Positions 1 to 6,947 of a DNA stretch of 36,480 nt are shown here, piece after piece; position 1 is the stretch's first letter; each line of letters starts with the position of its first letter. Location: positions 1 to 36,480 of IMG/VR virus record IMGVR_UViG_3300045988_009883; one strand, written 5' to 3'. Below the pieces are notes generated by a model. It ran no database searches, had not been told where the DNA came from, and saw only the letters and a list, made by a program, of their open reading frames with translations. The position numbers and the translations under genes are program-made. The stretch comes from a virus.

Positions 1-55
1 TCGCAAACCATGTCGTCAAGCAGTACGTCGATGACAAGGTGGCTGCTGCTGGCAG
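1..55. repeat. Exact 55-nt terminal direct repeat, copy 1 (identical to 36426-36480). It marks a circular or circularly permuted genome of 36,425 bp.
   Basis: Read directly: tcgcaaaccatgtcgtcaagcagtacgtcgatgacaaggtggctgctgctggcag is present at both window ends. Confidence 0.95.
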
Positions 56-767
56 TAACATCACCGTGGATGCGGCGCTATCCAGCACCAGCACGAACCC
101 GGTGCAGAATAAAGCTGTCAAGGAAGCGATTGACGACAAGGCCGACAAGACCGCGTTGGATGCAAAGGCGGACAAAACCGAACTGGACGCCAAACTGGAC
201 AAGACCGGCGGCACGCTGACCGGCAACCTGACTGGCAAGTACATCACTGGTACATGGCTGCAATCCACTTCCGCTAGCGATCTAGGGCGTACACCGGGCA
301 AGATCGCGGTGCTGGACGACAGCGGCTGGGTGTACTATCGCACCCCGGCAGAGCTGCTTGCGGATATTGGAGCGGCGACTGTGAGCGCGATGCTGGACAA
401 GGCATACCCGGTCGGGTCGATCTACATGAGCGTAAACAGCATAAATCCAAAAACACTGTTCGGCGGTACGTGGGTACAGATCAAGGACAGATTTCTTCTC
501 GCTGCTGGCACGACCTATAAAGCCGGTGCGACCGGCGGCGAGGCAACACACACGCTTACCGAAAGCGAGATGCCTAGCCACAAACACGCGGTCTACTTCC
601 CTAATGATGCAGCTGCTGACCACTCCGCGCCAGGCAACTACCCGGATGGCCCGTCTGACAGCACGTATTATGCGGTTGGCAGCTACACGTCCAGCGCTGG
701 CGGCGGTGGAGCGCATAATAACATGCCGCCGTATCTTGCGGTTTACGTGTGGAAGCGGACGGCATGA
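3..767 (+). CDS. Tail fibre / receptor-binding protein, 3' part. It continues from 35366-36480 through the circular junction; the joined ORF is 608 aa.
   Basis: The frame is open from position 3. The joined reading frame is seamless across the 55-nt overlap (..NPVANHVVKQYVDDKVAAAGSNITVD..). The C-terminus has a tail-collar-type pattern: PVGSIYMS..LFGGTW..GGEATHTLTESEMPSHKH..HNNMPPYLAVYVWKRTA. Confidence 0.85.
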   Translation, partial: ANHVVKQYVDDKVAAAGSNITVDAALSSTSTNPVQNKAVKEAIDDKADKTALDAKADKTELDAKLDKTGGTLTGNLTGKYITGTWLQSTSASDLGRTPGKIAVLDDSGWVYYRTPAELLADIGAATVSAMLDKAYPVGSIYMSVNSINPKTLFGGTWVQIKDRFLLAAGTTYKAGATGGEATHTLTESEMPSHKHAVYFPNDAAADHSAPGNYPDGPSDSTYYAVGSYTSSAGGGGAHNNMPPYLAVYVWKRTA

Positions 768-817
768 TTTGAATGGGTTCCATAATATGAAAATCACATA
801 TCAAAAGAGGTTACATC

Positions 818-1582
818 ATGATTAACATCATCGAAGCGCTTGCCACAAACAACAAGTGCTATCAGGCGGCGATCCCGCTGTACCCGCAGGGTATCATGCT
901 GCATAGCATCGGCTGCCCGCAGCCTAACGCGGCGGTAATGGCGCGGTACTACAACCAGTACCAGCCTGGCGGACAGTCGGTCTGCGTGCACGGTTTTATC
1001 CAGCGTGACGGCACGTACTACCAGACGCTGCCGTACAACTTTCGTGCATGGCACTGCGGCGGCGCGGCTAACGCAACGCACATCGGCATCGAGATGACCG
1101 AGCCTGCATCTATCGTGTACACCGGCGGCGCAAGCTGGCGTGACCTTGACACGGATGCGACCGAGACGCACGTACGCGGGACGTATGCATCAGCGGTTGA
1201 GCTTTTTGCACAGCTTTGTGCCCAGTTTAACCTTGACCCATTGGCTGACGGCGTGATTATCAGCCACGCAGAGGGCGCGGAAAGAGGCATCGCCAGCGCG
1301 CACGCAGACCCCACGCACCTGTGGCGGGTGTTTGGGCTGACGATGGACGGCTTTCGGGCGGACGTCGCGGCCAAGATGGCCGATGGAAATACAGACGAGG
1401 AGGATGAAGACATGGCAACCAGATACAACACAGTGGCAGAACTGCCCACATGGGCGCAGGAAGAAACGCAGAAACTGATTGATCGCGGCGCGCTTCTGGG
1501 CGATGAACACGGAAACCTTGACGTGACGATGGACATGCTGCGCACGATGATCGTGTGCCAGCGCATGGTTGACGGAAAGTAA
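818..1582 (+). CDS. Endolysin: N-acetylmuramoyl-L-alanine amidase (Amidase_2/PGRP type) with a short C-terminal SLH-like putative wall-binding module.
   Basis: Motifs MLHSIGCPQPN, WHCGGAANATHIGIEM and SHAEG. An acidic linker (DGNTDEEDEDM) is followed by a ~55-aa tail (ELPTWAQEETQKLIDRGALLGDEHGNLD). RBS agagg lies 8 nt upstream. Confidence 0.85.
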   Translation: MINIIEALATNNKCYQAAIPLYPQGIMLHSIGCPQPNAAVMARYYNQYQPGGQSVCVHGFIQRDGTYYQTLPYNFRAWHCGGAANATHIGIEMTEPASIVYTGGASWRDLDTDATETHVRGTYASAVELFAQLCAQFNLDPLADGVIISHAEGAERGIASAHADPTHLWRVFGLTMDGFRADVAAKMADGNTDEEDEDMATRYNTVAELPTWAQEETQKLIDRGALLGDEHGNLDVTMDMLRTMIVCQRMVDGK

Positions 1583-1595
1583 CGGAGGGCTACAT

Positions 1596-1853
1596 ATGAA
1601 AATTAACTGGAAACTCAGATTGCAGAACAAGGCGACGTTGACCGCGCTCGTCATGGCGCTGGTGGCTCTTGTGTATCAGGTGCTAGGCGTTTGTGGCATC
1701 GTTCCGCGTGTGTCACAGGATCAGGTGACGACGATCATTAGCATGGTCATCAACATTTTGTGTCTGCTTGGCATCGTTGTCGACCCGACGACCGCTGGTG
1801 TTAGCGACAGCGTGCGGGCTATGAGCTATGACAAACCTAGGAAAGAGGGCTGA
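1596..1853 (+). CDS. Holin, phage phi-LC3 family type.
   Basis: INWKLRLQNKATL.. and LGIVVDPTTAGVSDS..YDKP match the phi-LC3 holin pattern. Two hydrophobic segments. GGAGGG RBS before the ATG at 1596 (the track start at 1569 lies inside the endolysin gene). Confidence 0.8.
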   Translation: MKINWKLRLQNKATLTALVMALVALVYQVLGVCGIVPRVSQDQVTTIISMVINILCLLGIVVDPTTAGVSDSVRAMSYDKPRKEG

Positions 1854-1855
1854 GG

Positions 1856-2101
1856 ATGGCGGTGTCGATTGCAAACATCATTTCGGCTGCGGCGTTTGTG
1901 CTGACGCTTATCGGCGCGTGCTGGCGTATGAGCACAATTATCCAGCGGAATACGGACGCAGTAGTGGCGCTGACGGCTCGCATTGACCGTATGGACGCTG
2001 GGAACACCAAGGAGCACAACGAGATGTGGGACAAGATTGAGAAGAGCGAGGACGCGATAAGCGACCACGAGACACGGCTGCAACTGCTGGAACATAAATA
2101 A
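1856..2101 (+). CDS. Small membrane protein of the lysis cassette (N-terminal TM helix plus coiled coil).
   Basis: 81 aa. The hydrophobic N-terminus AVSIANIISAAAFVLTLIGACW is followed by a charged helical region. The gene abuts the holin stop codon. Confidence 0.6.
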   Translation: MAVSIANIISAAAFVLTLIGACWRMSTIIQRNTDAVVALTARIDRMDAGNTKEHNEMWDKIEKSEDAISDHETRLQLLEHK

Positions 2102-2207
2102 GAATCGACACGGGGGGACGGCGATATATACGCCGTGCGGGAAGAAGCCTCCCTTCCCATCCCCCCCTGTCAAAAATTTGGGGGCGTAGATATAGAGAGG
2201 ATAAAAT

Positions 2208-2381
2208 ATGGCAAACCGCGAAACCTATAAGAAAGCGCAGAATGCACCCGAAAGCGTACCATATATCGTGCATGAAGCGTCTATGGCAAGGATGGAACGT
2301 CAGATTAAGCGGCTGTGGATTACCGTTCTTGTGCTGATTGTTATGTTGGTTGCAACAAACGGCGCATGGATTTGGTACTGA
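2208..2381 (+). CDS. 57-aa tail-anchored membrane protein (below the ORF-track size cut-off).
   Basis: My translation: MANRETYKKAQNAPESVPYIVHEASMARMERQIKRLWITVLVLIVMLVATNGAWIWY. RBS agagagga upstream. C-terminal TM helix. I recall similar peptides next to lysis genes in Clostridia prophages. Confidence 0.55.
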   Translation: MANRETYKKAQNAPESVPYIVHEASMARMERQIKRLWITVLVLIVMLVATNGAWIWY

Positions 2382-2443
2382 AATCAATGGGAGACTGATT
2401 GATACGGAGAGGCTGAGAAAACGAACTAAACGGAGGTAGTGCT

Positions 2444-3229
2444 TTGCTGAGTGATTTTGAAATCATAACGCGGCACTTTCCAGAAAATAACGATATAAAA
2501 ATTTATCCCATTTCGGATGTCCATCTCGGTGCTGCCGAGCATTTGGCGGCGGAGTGGGATAATTTTTGTAATCGGATTTTGGAAGAGCCGAACAGTTATT
2601 TGATTTTGGGAGGAGATTTGTTGAATAACTCCCTAAAATCAAGCGTCGCAAATATCTATGAAGAAACAATGCGCCCCCGTGAGCAAAAGCGGAGAATGGC
2701 CGAAATGCTAAAACCGATTAAACATAAAATCCTTTGTGCAGTCAACGGGAACCACGAACGGCGGAGCGGGAAAGACGCAGACGATGACCCAACCTATGAC
2801 ATTATGTGCAAGCTGGATTTGGAGCATCTATACCGGGAAAACATGGCCTTTCTTTGCTTGCGGTTCGGCAAAAAAGAAGGCGATGGAAGAAAGAACCCAA
2901 CATATACTTTTGTTGTTACACATGGCGCAGGTGGTGGCGGTTCTACTGGTTCTGCGGTAAATCGTGGTGAAAAATTCGGCTATGTCATAGACGGGATGGA
3001 CTGCCTTGTTTTGGGGCATACACACAAAGCATACACCACGCAACCTAGCAAGATATCCATTGACCTGCAAAACAACAAAGTCAGCTTAAAGCCGTTCAAG
3101 GTGGTTTCTATGACAAGCTGGCTTGCCTATGGAGGATATGCAGCACGCGCGATGCTCACTCCGTCCAGCTATGTCCCTCAAGAAATCATCTTGAGAGGCA
3201 ATCGGAAAGAAATGAGGGTGATTATGTAA
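2444..3229 (+). CDS. Calcineurin-like metallophosphoesterase.
   Basis: Canonical motifs DVHLG, GGDLLNN, GNHE, THGAGGGG and GHTH. TTG start preceded by a GGAGG RBS. Confidence 0.8.
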   Translation: MLSDFEIITRHFPENNDIKIYPISDVHLGAAEHLAAEWDNFCNRILEEPNSYLILGGDLLNNSLKSSVANIYEETMRPREQKRRMAEMLKPIKHKILCAVNGNHERRSGKDADDDPTYDIMCKLDLEHLYRENMAFLCLRFGKKEGDGRKNPTYTFVVTHGAGGGGSTGSAVNRGEKFGYVIDGMDCLVLGHTHKAYTTQPSKISIDLQNNKVSLKPFKVVSMTSWLAYGGYAARAMLTPSSYVPQEIILRGNRKEMRVIM

Positions 3230-3543
3230 TGGCTATGATTTATGTATCGCACAAATTCTGCGGTGATCCTGCTAACATGGAAAGAGCGAAGAAAATCACC
3301 CACGACTTGCAAGTGAACGACCCTGAAAACTGCTATATTTGCCCTCTGTTGGCTTTTTCCAACTTAGTGTATAATGAGATGGGATATGATGAGGAAATGG
3401 CGCTATGCATTGATCTGTTGAGCGTGAGCGATGTTTTGATTGTTGCAAGCGACATCAGCGAGGGCGTTCAGAAAGAAATTGACTTTGCCAGAATGGTTGG
3501 TATGGAGGTGATAGACCTTGCGGAAAAATACCGAGAGATATAA
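3229..3543 (+). CDS. DUF4406/DUF1937-like protein (nucleoside 2-deoxyribosyltransferase-like fold family).
   Basis: 104 aa. The pattern IYVSHKFCGDP..CYICPLLAFS..DLLSVSDVLIV..ISEGVQKEIDFA is recalled from that family. TAATG start/stop overlap with the upstream gene. Confidence 0.5.
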   Translation: MAMIYVSHKFCGDPANMERAKKITHDLQVNDPENCYICPLLAFSNLVYNEMGYDEEMALCIDLLSVSDVLIVASDISEGVQKEIDFARMVGMEVIDLAEKYREI

Positions 3544-3733
3544 TCTGTCAAGGGATGAACTACAATACCTCATCGACCAATGGATTTTCAACGAGCGTCA
3601 CCGGCTCATTTTGGCTGACAGGCTATTCAATGGAACGACTTATGAACGGCTTGCGGAAAAATATGGACTATCCACCCAGCAAGTGAAGAACATCGTTTAC
3701 AAGGCGATGGACAGGCTGGAAAAACACCTATAA
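3518..3733 (+). CDS. Small sigma-70 region-4-like helix-turn-helix transcriptional regulator.
   Basis: 71 aa. ..LIDQWIFNERHRLILADRLFNGTTYERLAEKYGLSTQQVKNIVYKAMDRLEKHL has the region-4/LuxR-like HTH layout. TTG start 7 nt after GGAGGTG. Confidence 0.55.
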   Translation: MRKNTERYNLSRDELQYLIDQWIFNERHRLILADRLFNGTTYERLAEKYGLSTQQVKNIVYKAMDRLEKHL

Positions 3734-3751
3734 TTTAACAAAACTTTATTG

Positions 3752-3795
3752 AAAGCTACTCTTGTAATTGATTTTACAAGGGTAGCTTTTTTGTT
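3752..3795 (+). terminator. Rho-independent terminator.
   Basis: The stem aaagctactcttgtaa / ttacaagggtagcttt is followed by TTTTTGTT. Confidence 0.8.
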
Positions 3796-3825
3796 ATGCT
3801 CATTGCAGAAAGTGAGGCGATTTTT

Positions 3826-4056
3826 ATGACCATCGATGAATACATCAAATCAAAAGAAAAATTCCATCTAATGCCGTTTGTGACGATTTACACTGCGATT
3901 ATGGAATTGATTGAAGATGGCTATATAGAGCAGACAGCATTTGAGAAAGCGGGTGGTCCCGATGTGGCAGTACATAAACTTGAACCCAAAAGGGAAAAGT
4001 GTGGGGGACTGCACTGTCAGGGCGATTGCCATTGCCACGGGAAGTGCGTGGATTGA
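3826..4056 (+). CDS. Hypothetical 76-aa protein with a Cys/His-rich tail. It overlaps the next gene by 95 nt.
   Basis: ATG at 3826 with RBS gtgagg 9 nt upstream. The track start at 3796 lies in a putative -10 box. The C-terminus CGGLHCQGDCHCHGKCVD is encoded in the alternative frame of the next gene. Confidence 0.35.
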   Translation: MTIDEYIKSKEKFHLMPFVTIYTAIMELIEDGYIEQTAFEKAGGPDVAVHKLEPKREKCGGLHCQGDCHCHGKCVD

Positions 4057-4342
4057 CACCTATCTTGATTTGTGCCTTTTCGGGATGATTATGGCAGATA
4101 TGCCGAGCGCTAACGCAATTACAACTGCTTATCTGAAAAAGAATGGTTTTCGCAGGCGCACAATTCCAGATGATTGCCCTGATTGTTACACAATATCCGA
4201 TTTTTGCAAAGACCACCCAAAAGGAACATACATAATCGGAACAGGAAGTCACCTAACAACCGTTATAGATGGCGATTTGTGGGATTCGTGGAACTCAGAA
4301 AACGAAACACCTGTTTACTATTTTGAAAAAATGGAGGATTGA
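3962..4342 (+). CDS. Conserved phage protein with a putative Cys-His (papain-like) motif.
   Basis: MWQYINLNPKGKSVGDCTVRAIA.. and ..GTGSHLTTVIDGDLWDSW match the N-terminus and core of a family I recall from gut Firmicutes phages. The start could instead be the TTG at 3941. Confidence 0.55.
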   Translation: MWQYINLNPKGKSVGDCTVRAIAIATGSAWIDTYLDLCLFGMIMADMPSANAITTAYLKKNGFRRRTIPDDCPDCYTISDFCKDHPKGTYIIGTGSHLTTVIDGDLWDSWNSENETPVYYFEKMED

Positions 4343-4344
4343 CC

Positions 4345-4830
4345 ATGGCATACTATGCACCTTTTTACAGGCCGACTTATTACGAATCCGCCCAGCAAAA
4401 TCCTATGGGGCAGTTTAACCAGCAGTTTCAGCAACCTATTACGCAGCCGATGCAGAACGCGCAAATGCCGATGCAAGGACAGCCAACAAATGACTTTCTG
4501 TGGGTGCTGAACGAAAACGAAGCGACTTCATACCCTGTTGCGCCGAATAACACGGTTACTCTGTGGGACAAAAACCTCCCTACCATCTACATCAAGTCCG
4601 TCAATGCGCAGGGCGTTCCGTCTATGCGTATTCTCGATTTTACGGAGCGCACCGCAATTCCCAATAAAACGCCCTCTGTGCCATCTTTTAATTCAACCAA
4701 TAACTTTGTCACCCTTGATAGTTTCAACGCATTAGAAGCGAAATTTGCCGCATTAGAGTGCAAGGTAGATGAATTGCGGCCAAAAGCAAGCGCAAAAGCA
4801 AAGAAAGTTGAGGTAGAAAACGATGCCTAA
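4345..4830 (+). CDS. Hypothetical protein with a Gln/Pro/Met-rich N-terminus, a conserved core and a C-terminal coiled coil.
   Basis: GGAGG lies 9 nt before the ATG at 4345. The N-terminal ~45 aa are QQNPMGQFNQQFQQPITQPMQNAQMPMQGQ. Core: FLWVLNENEATSYPVAPNNTVTLWDKNLPTIYIKSVNAQGVPSMRILDF. Confidence 0.65.
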   Translation: MAYYAPFYRPTYYESAQQNPMGQFNQQFQQPITQPMQNAQMPMQGQPTNDFLWVLNENEATSYPVAPNNTVTLWDKNLPTIYIKSVNAQGVPSMRILDFTERTAIPNKTPSVPSFNSTNNFVTLDSFNALEAKFAALECKVDELRPKASAKAKKVEVENDA

Positions 4831-5032
4831 TCCACTCTTCAGTCAGTTTGGAGGACAGCAGGTCAACCCTATGCAGAAGTTAGTCGAAGATGCAAGAAAG
4901 TTGAAACAGACAATGCAGAACCCTCGTGCTGAGGTAGAACGGCTCATACAAAGCGGCCAAATGTCGCAATCGCAGTTCAACCAATTTTCCCAGATCGCCC
5001 ATCAGATTGTTGGTAGCGGTGTTTTTAATTGA
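4823..5032 (+). CDS. Small Gln-rich hypothetical protein.
   Basis: 69 aa with RBS gaggt. Sequence ..QSGQMSQSQFNQFSQIAHQIV. Its start overlaps the stop of the upstream gene by 8 nt. Confidence 0.55.
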   Translation: MPNPLFSQFGGQQVNPMQKLVEDARKLKQTMQNPRAEVERLIQSGQMSQSQFNQFSQIAHQIVGSGVFN

Positions 5033-5092
5033 TGTTCGAGCCAGTCCGGAATGGCTTTGACATAAATATAATTTTGAAAGGAGACATGTAAA

Positions 5093-5884
5093 TTGTCTAT
5101 TGGAGTTTCCGAGCTTTCGGCTGCTGATGTGGCGGCAGTCGTAGGCAATAACAATGGCCGCAACAACGACGGTATGTTCGGCAATGATTGGGCGTGGATC
5201 GTGATTCTTTTGCTGTTTGGCTGGGGCCGTAATGGTTTTGGTGGCTATGGCGTCGGCTACGGCGCTGGTGCTTCTGTGCCTTGCGCCACTCAGGCCGATG
5301 TTCGAGCTGCTGTTGACCAGCAGACACTTATCAGCAAGATCGATCAGCAGACCTACGGCATTGCAGACACATTCACCGCGCTGAACAACACGCTGAACAA
5401 CAACTTCCGTGGCATTGATAACGCTATCTGCACTCTGGGCTATCAGGGCGCGCAGCATGCCAACAATCTGGCCGCGCAGATGGCTTCCTGCTGCTGCGAC
5501 ACCCGCGCGGCTATTAAGGACGTTGACGTTGGTATTGAGCGCGCTGGATGGAACCTGTCTAAGCAGATTTCCGATTGCTGCTGCAACCTTGAGAAGATGG
5601 ATATGCAGAACCGCTTCGATGCACAGGCGTACAACTGCAACACACTGCAAGCGATTGATAAAGTCGGCGACAGAATTATTGACTACCTTGCGAATGAAAA
5701 AACGCAGGCACTTCGTGACGAAAACTTTGCGCTTCGTCTTGCCGCTTCTCAGGCTAAGCAGAACGAAACACTTCTTAACAAGCTTTCGCCTTGCCCTTCG
5801 CCGGCATACTTTGTGCCTAACCCGAATTGTTGCTACAATGCAAATGTGACATATAGCAACGCTTGCGGTTGTGGCGGTTTCTAA
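5093..5884 (+). CDS. Cys-rich membrane-anchored protein with two CCC motifs and a Gly/Tyr-rich juxtamembrane segment.
   Basis: TTG start 8 nt after AAGGAGA. TM helix WAWIVILLLFGWG followed by NGFGGYGVGYGAG. 14 Cys in total, including SCCCD (aa 133-135), DCCCN (aa 162-164) and the C-terminal CCYNANVTYSNACGCGGF. Codon usage resembles that of the structural genes. Confidence 0.7.
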   Translation: MSIGVSELSAADVAAVVGNNNGRNNDGMFGNDWAWIVILLLFGWGRNGFGGYGVGYGAGASVPCATQADVRAAVDQQTLISKIDQQTYGIADTFTALNNTLNNNFRGIDNAICTLGYQGAQHANNLAAQMASCCCDTRAAIKDVDVGIERAGWNLSKQISDCCCNLEKMDMQNRFDAQAYNCNTLQAIDKVGDRIIDYLANEKTQALRDENFALRLAASQAKQNETLLNKLSPCPSPAYFVPNPNCCYNANVTYSNACGCGGF

Positions 5885-5951
5885 TCGAATAGTGAAACTT
5901 ACTTTTCCCATCGTGGAAATGGTTAGCCGTGTAGGCTGACACTGTTTACAG

Positions 5952-5990
5952 AGGCGGTGGGATGCCATATCCTGCCGCCTTATTTTATTT
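5952..5990 (+). terminator. Rho-independent terminator.
   Basis: A 12-bp stem aggcggtgggat / atcctgccgcct (two G-U pairs) with a 5-nt loop, then TATTTTATTT. Confidence 0.75.
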
Positions 5991-6009
5991 GAAAGGAATG
6001 ATTTAATTT

Positions 6010-6441
6010 ATGGCTGCTGAATACAGCGCAATCGCCGCCCAAAGCGTGGCGGTTGATGAAAATGTTCTCTTTAATAACGGATGTAGGGCTTGCCGGAAAG
6101 GGTTCATCCAGCATCGGGATGATAGCGGCATTTTCTTTCTGAAAGGATCTTCCAATGGTTGCCGTGCCGTGTACCATGTAACTTTCAACGGCAATATCGC
6201 TATTGCAACTGGCGGAACGGTTGAGCCTATTTCCGTGGCTCTGACCATCAACGGTGAGGCGCTGGGCAATGCAACGGCGACCGTCACCCCTGCCGCTGTT
6301 GGGAATTTCTTCAATGTGAGCGTTACCACTTTCATTGATATTCCTTGCGGTTGCTGTGTGACTGTTTCTGTTGAAAACGTAAGTGCGACCACGGCTATTG
6401 ACGTTACTAACGCCAATGTCGTGCTAGAGCGCGTGGCGTGA
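6010..6441 (+). CDS. Beta-rich 143-aa protein resembling BclA C-terminal / C1q-TNF-like exosporium domains.
   Basis: The pattern AAQSVAVDENVLFNN..GIFFLKG..YHVTFNGNIA..ISVALTINGEALGNA..FFNVSVTTFIDIP..VSVENVS..VTNANVVLERVA matches, from memory, the layout of Bacillus/Clostridium BclA-CTD-like proteins. Confidence 0.6.
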   Translation: MAAEYSAIAAQSVAVDENVLFNNGCRACRKGFIQHRDDSGIFFLKGSSNGCRAVYHVTFNGNIAIATGGTVEPISVALTINGEALGNATATVTPAAVGNFFNVSVTTFIDIPCGCCVTVSVENVSATTAIDVTNANVVLERVA

Positions 6442-6458
6442 AGAAAGGAGAATGAACT

Positions 6459-6932
6459 ATGCACTATATGCACGATTTGAAAGATCTGCTCTGCGCAGAA
6501 CTTGAGGATTACGCCGAAAAGGGCAAAAAGTCTGGCAAGATGTCGATGGGCGACCTTGACAGCATCCACAAGCTGACTGATACCGTAAAGAACATTCTCA
6601 AGATTGATATGCTTGAGGAAGAAAGCGGCTACTCCGAGGACGGTCACTATATGGGCGAGGGTCGGATTTATGGCACATCCTACGATGGTTATGACCGTGG
6701 AACCAGTTACGCCCGCGGCCGTGGACGCTATGCCAAGCGTGACAGCATGGGCAGATACAGCCGTGATGATGGCTATATGCGCAGTGATGGACGTGGTATG
6801 CGTGACGGTTACAGCCGGGACGAAGGCAAAGCGTACATGATGGAACAGCTTGAGGACATGATGGAAGATGCTGAAAAGCCCGCCGAAAAGGAAGCTCTGC
6901 GCCGTTGCATGGAAGCTCTGAAACGGGCATAA
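6459..6932 (+). CDS. Protein with helical ends and a central Arg/Gly/Tyr/Asp-rich low-complexity region.
   Basis: Centre: YGTSYDGYDRGTSYARGRGRYAKRDSMGRYSRDDGYMRSDGRGMRDGYSRDEG. Flanks: ..LCAELEDYAEKGKK..HKLTDTVKNILKI.. and ..MMEQLEDMMEDA..ALRRCMEALKRA. AAAGGAG RBS. I recall this as a family common in Clostridia. Confidence 0.65.
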   Translation: MHYMHDLKDLLCAELEDYAEKGKKSGKMSMGDLDSIHKLTDTVKNILKIDMLEEESGYSEDGHYMGEGRIYGTSYDGYDRGTSYARGRGRYAKRDSMGRYSRDDGYMRSDGRGMRDGYSRDEGKAYMMEQLEDMMEDAEKPAEKEALRRCMEALKRA

Positions 6933-6947
6933 CAAGGGGCTGATTGA

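Noticed and set aside
1-55. The terminal repeat as a physical direct terminal repeat (DTR) of the virion DNA.
   Set aside because: It is only 55 nt and falls inside a coding sequence. An exact overlap of this size is more typical of an assembler closing a circular contig. True termini (cos or pac) cannot be read from the sequence alone.
5050-5092. Possible sporulation-sigma (sigma-E/K/G-type) promoter, CATAAATATAAT, upstream of the Cys-rich gene. A TTGACA also occurs here.
   Set aside because: The TTGACA is only 5 nt from the TATAAT-like box. The CATA-type -10 does not fit the sigma-K, sigma-E or sigma-G consensus spacing, and I see no matching -35. I cannot support a promoter call here.
4880-5968. 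362-aa ORF on the minus strand.
   Set aside because: It is the antisense shadow of the + strand genes 4823-5032 and 5093-5884. It has no RBS, a Cys/Arg/Val-rich nonsense-like composition, and the + strand frames carry the recognisable features and terminator.
6003-6935. 310-aa ORF on the minus strand.
   Set aside because: It is the antisense shadow of 6010-6441 and 6459-6932. Its low-complexity composition mirrors the sense-strand repeats, and it has no translation signals.
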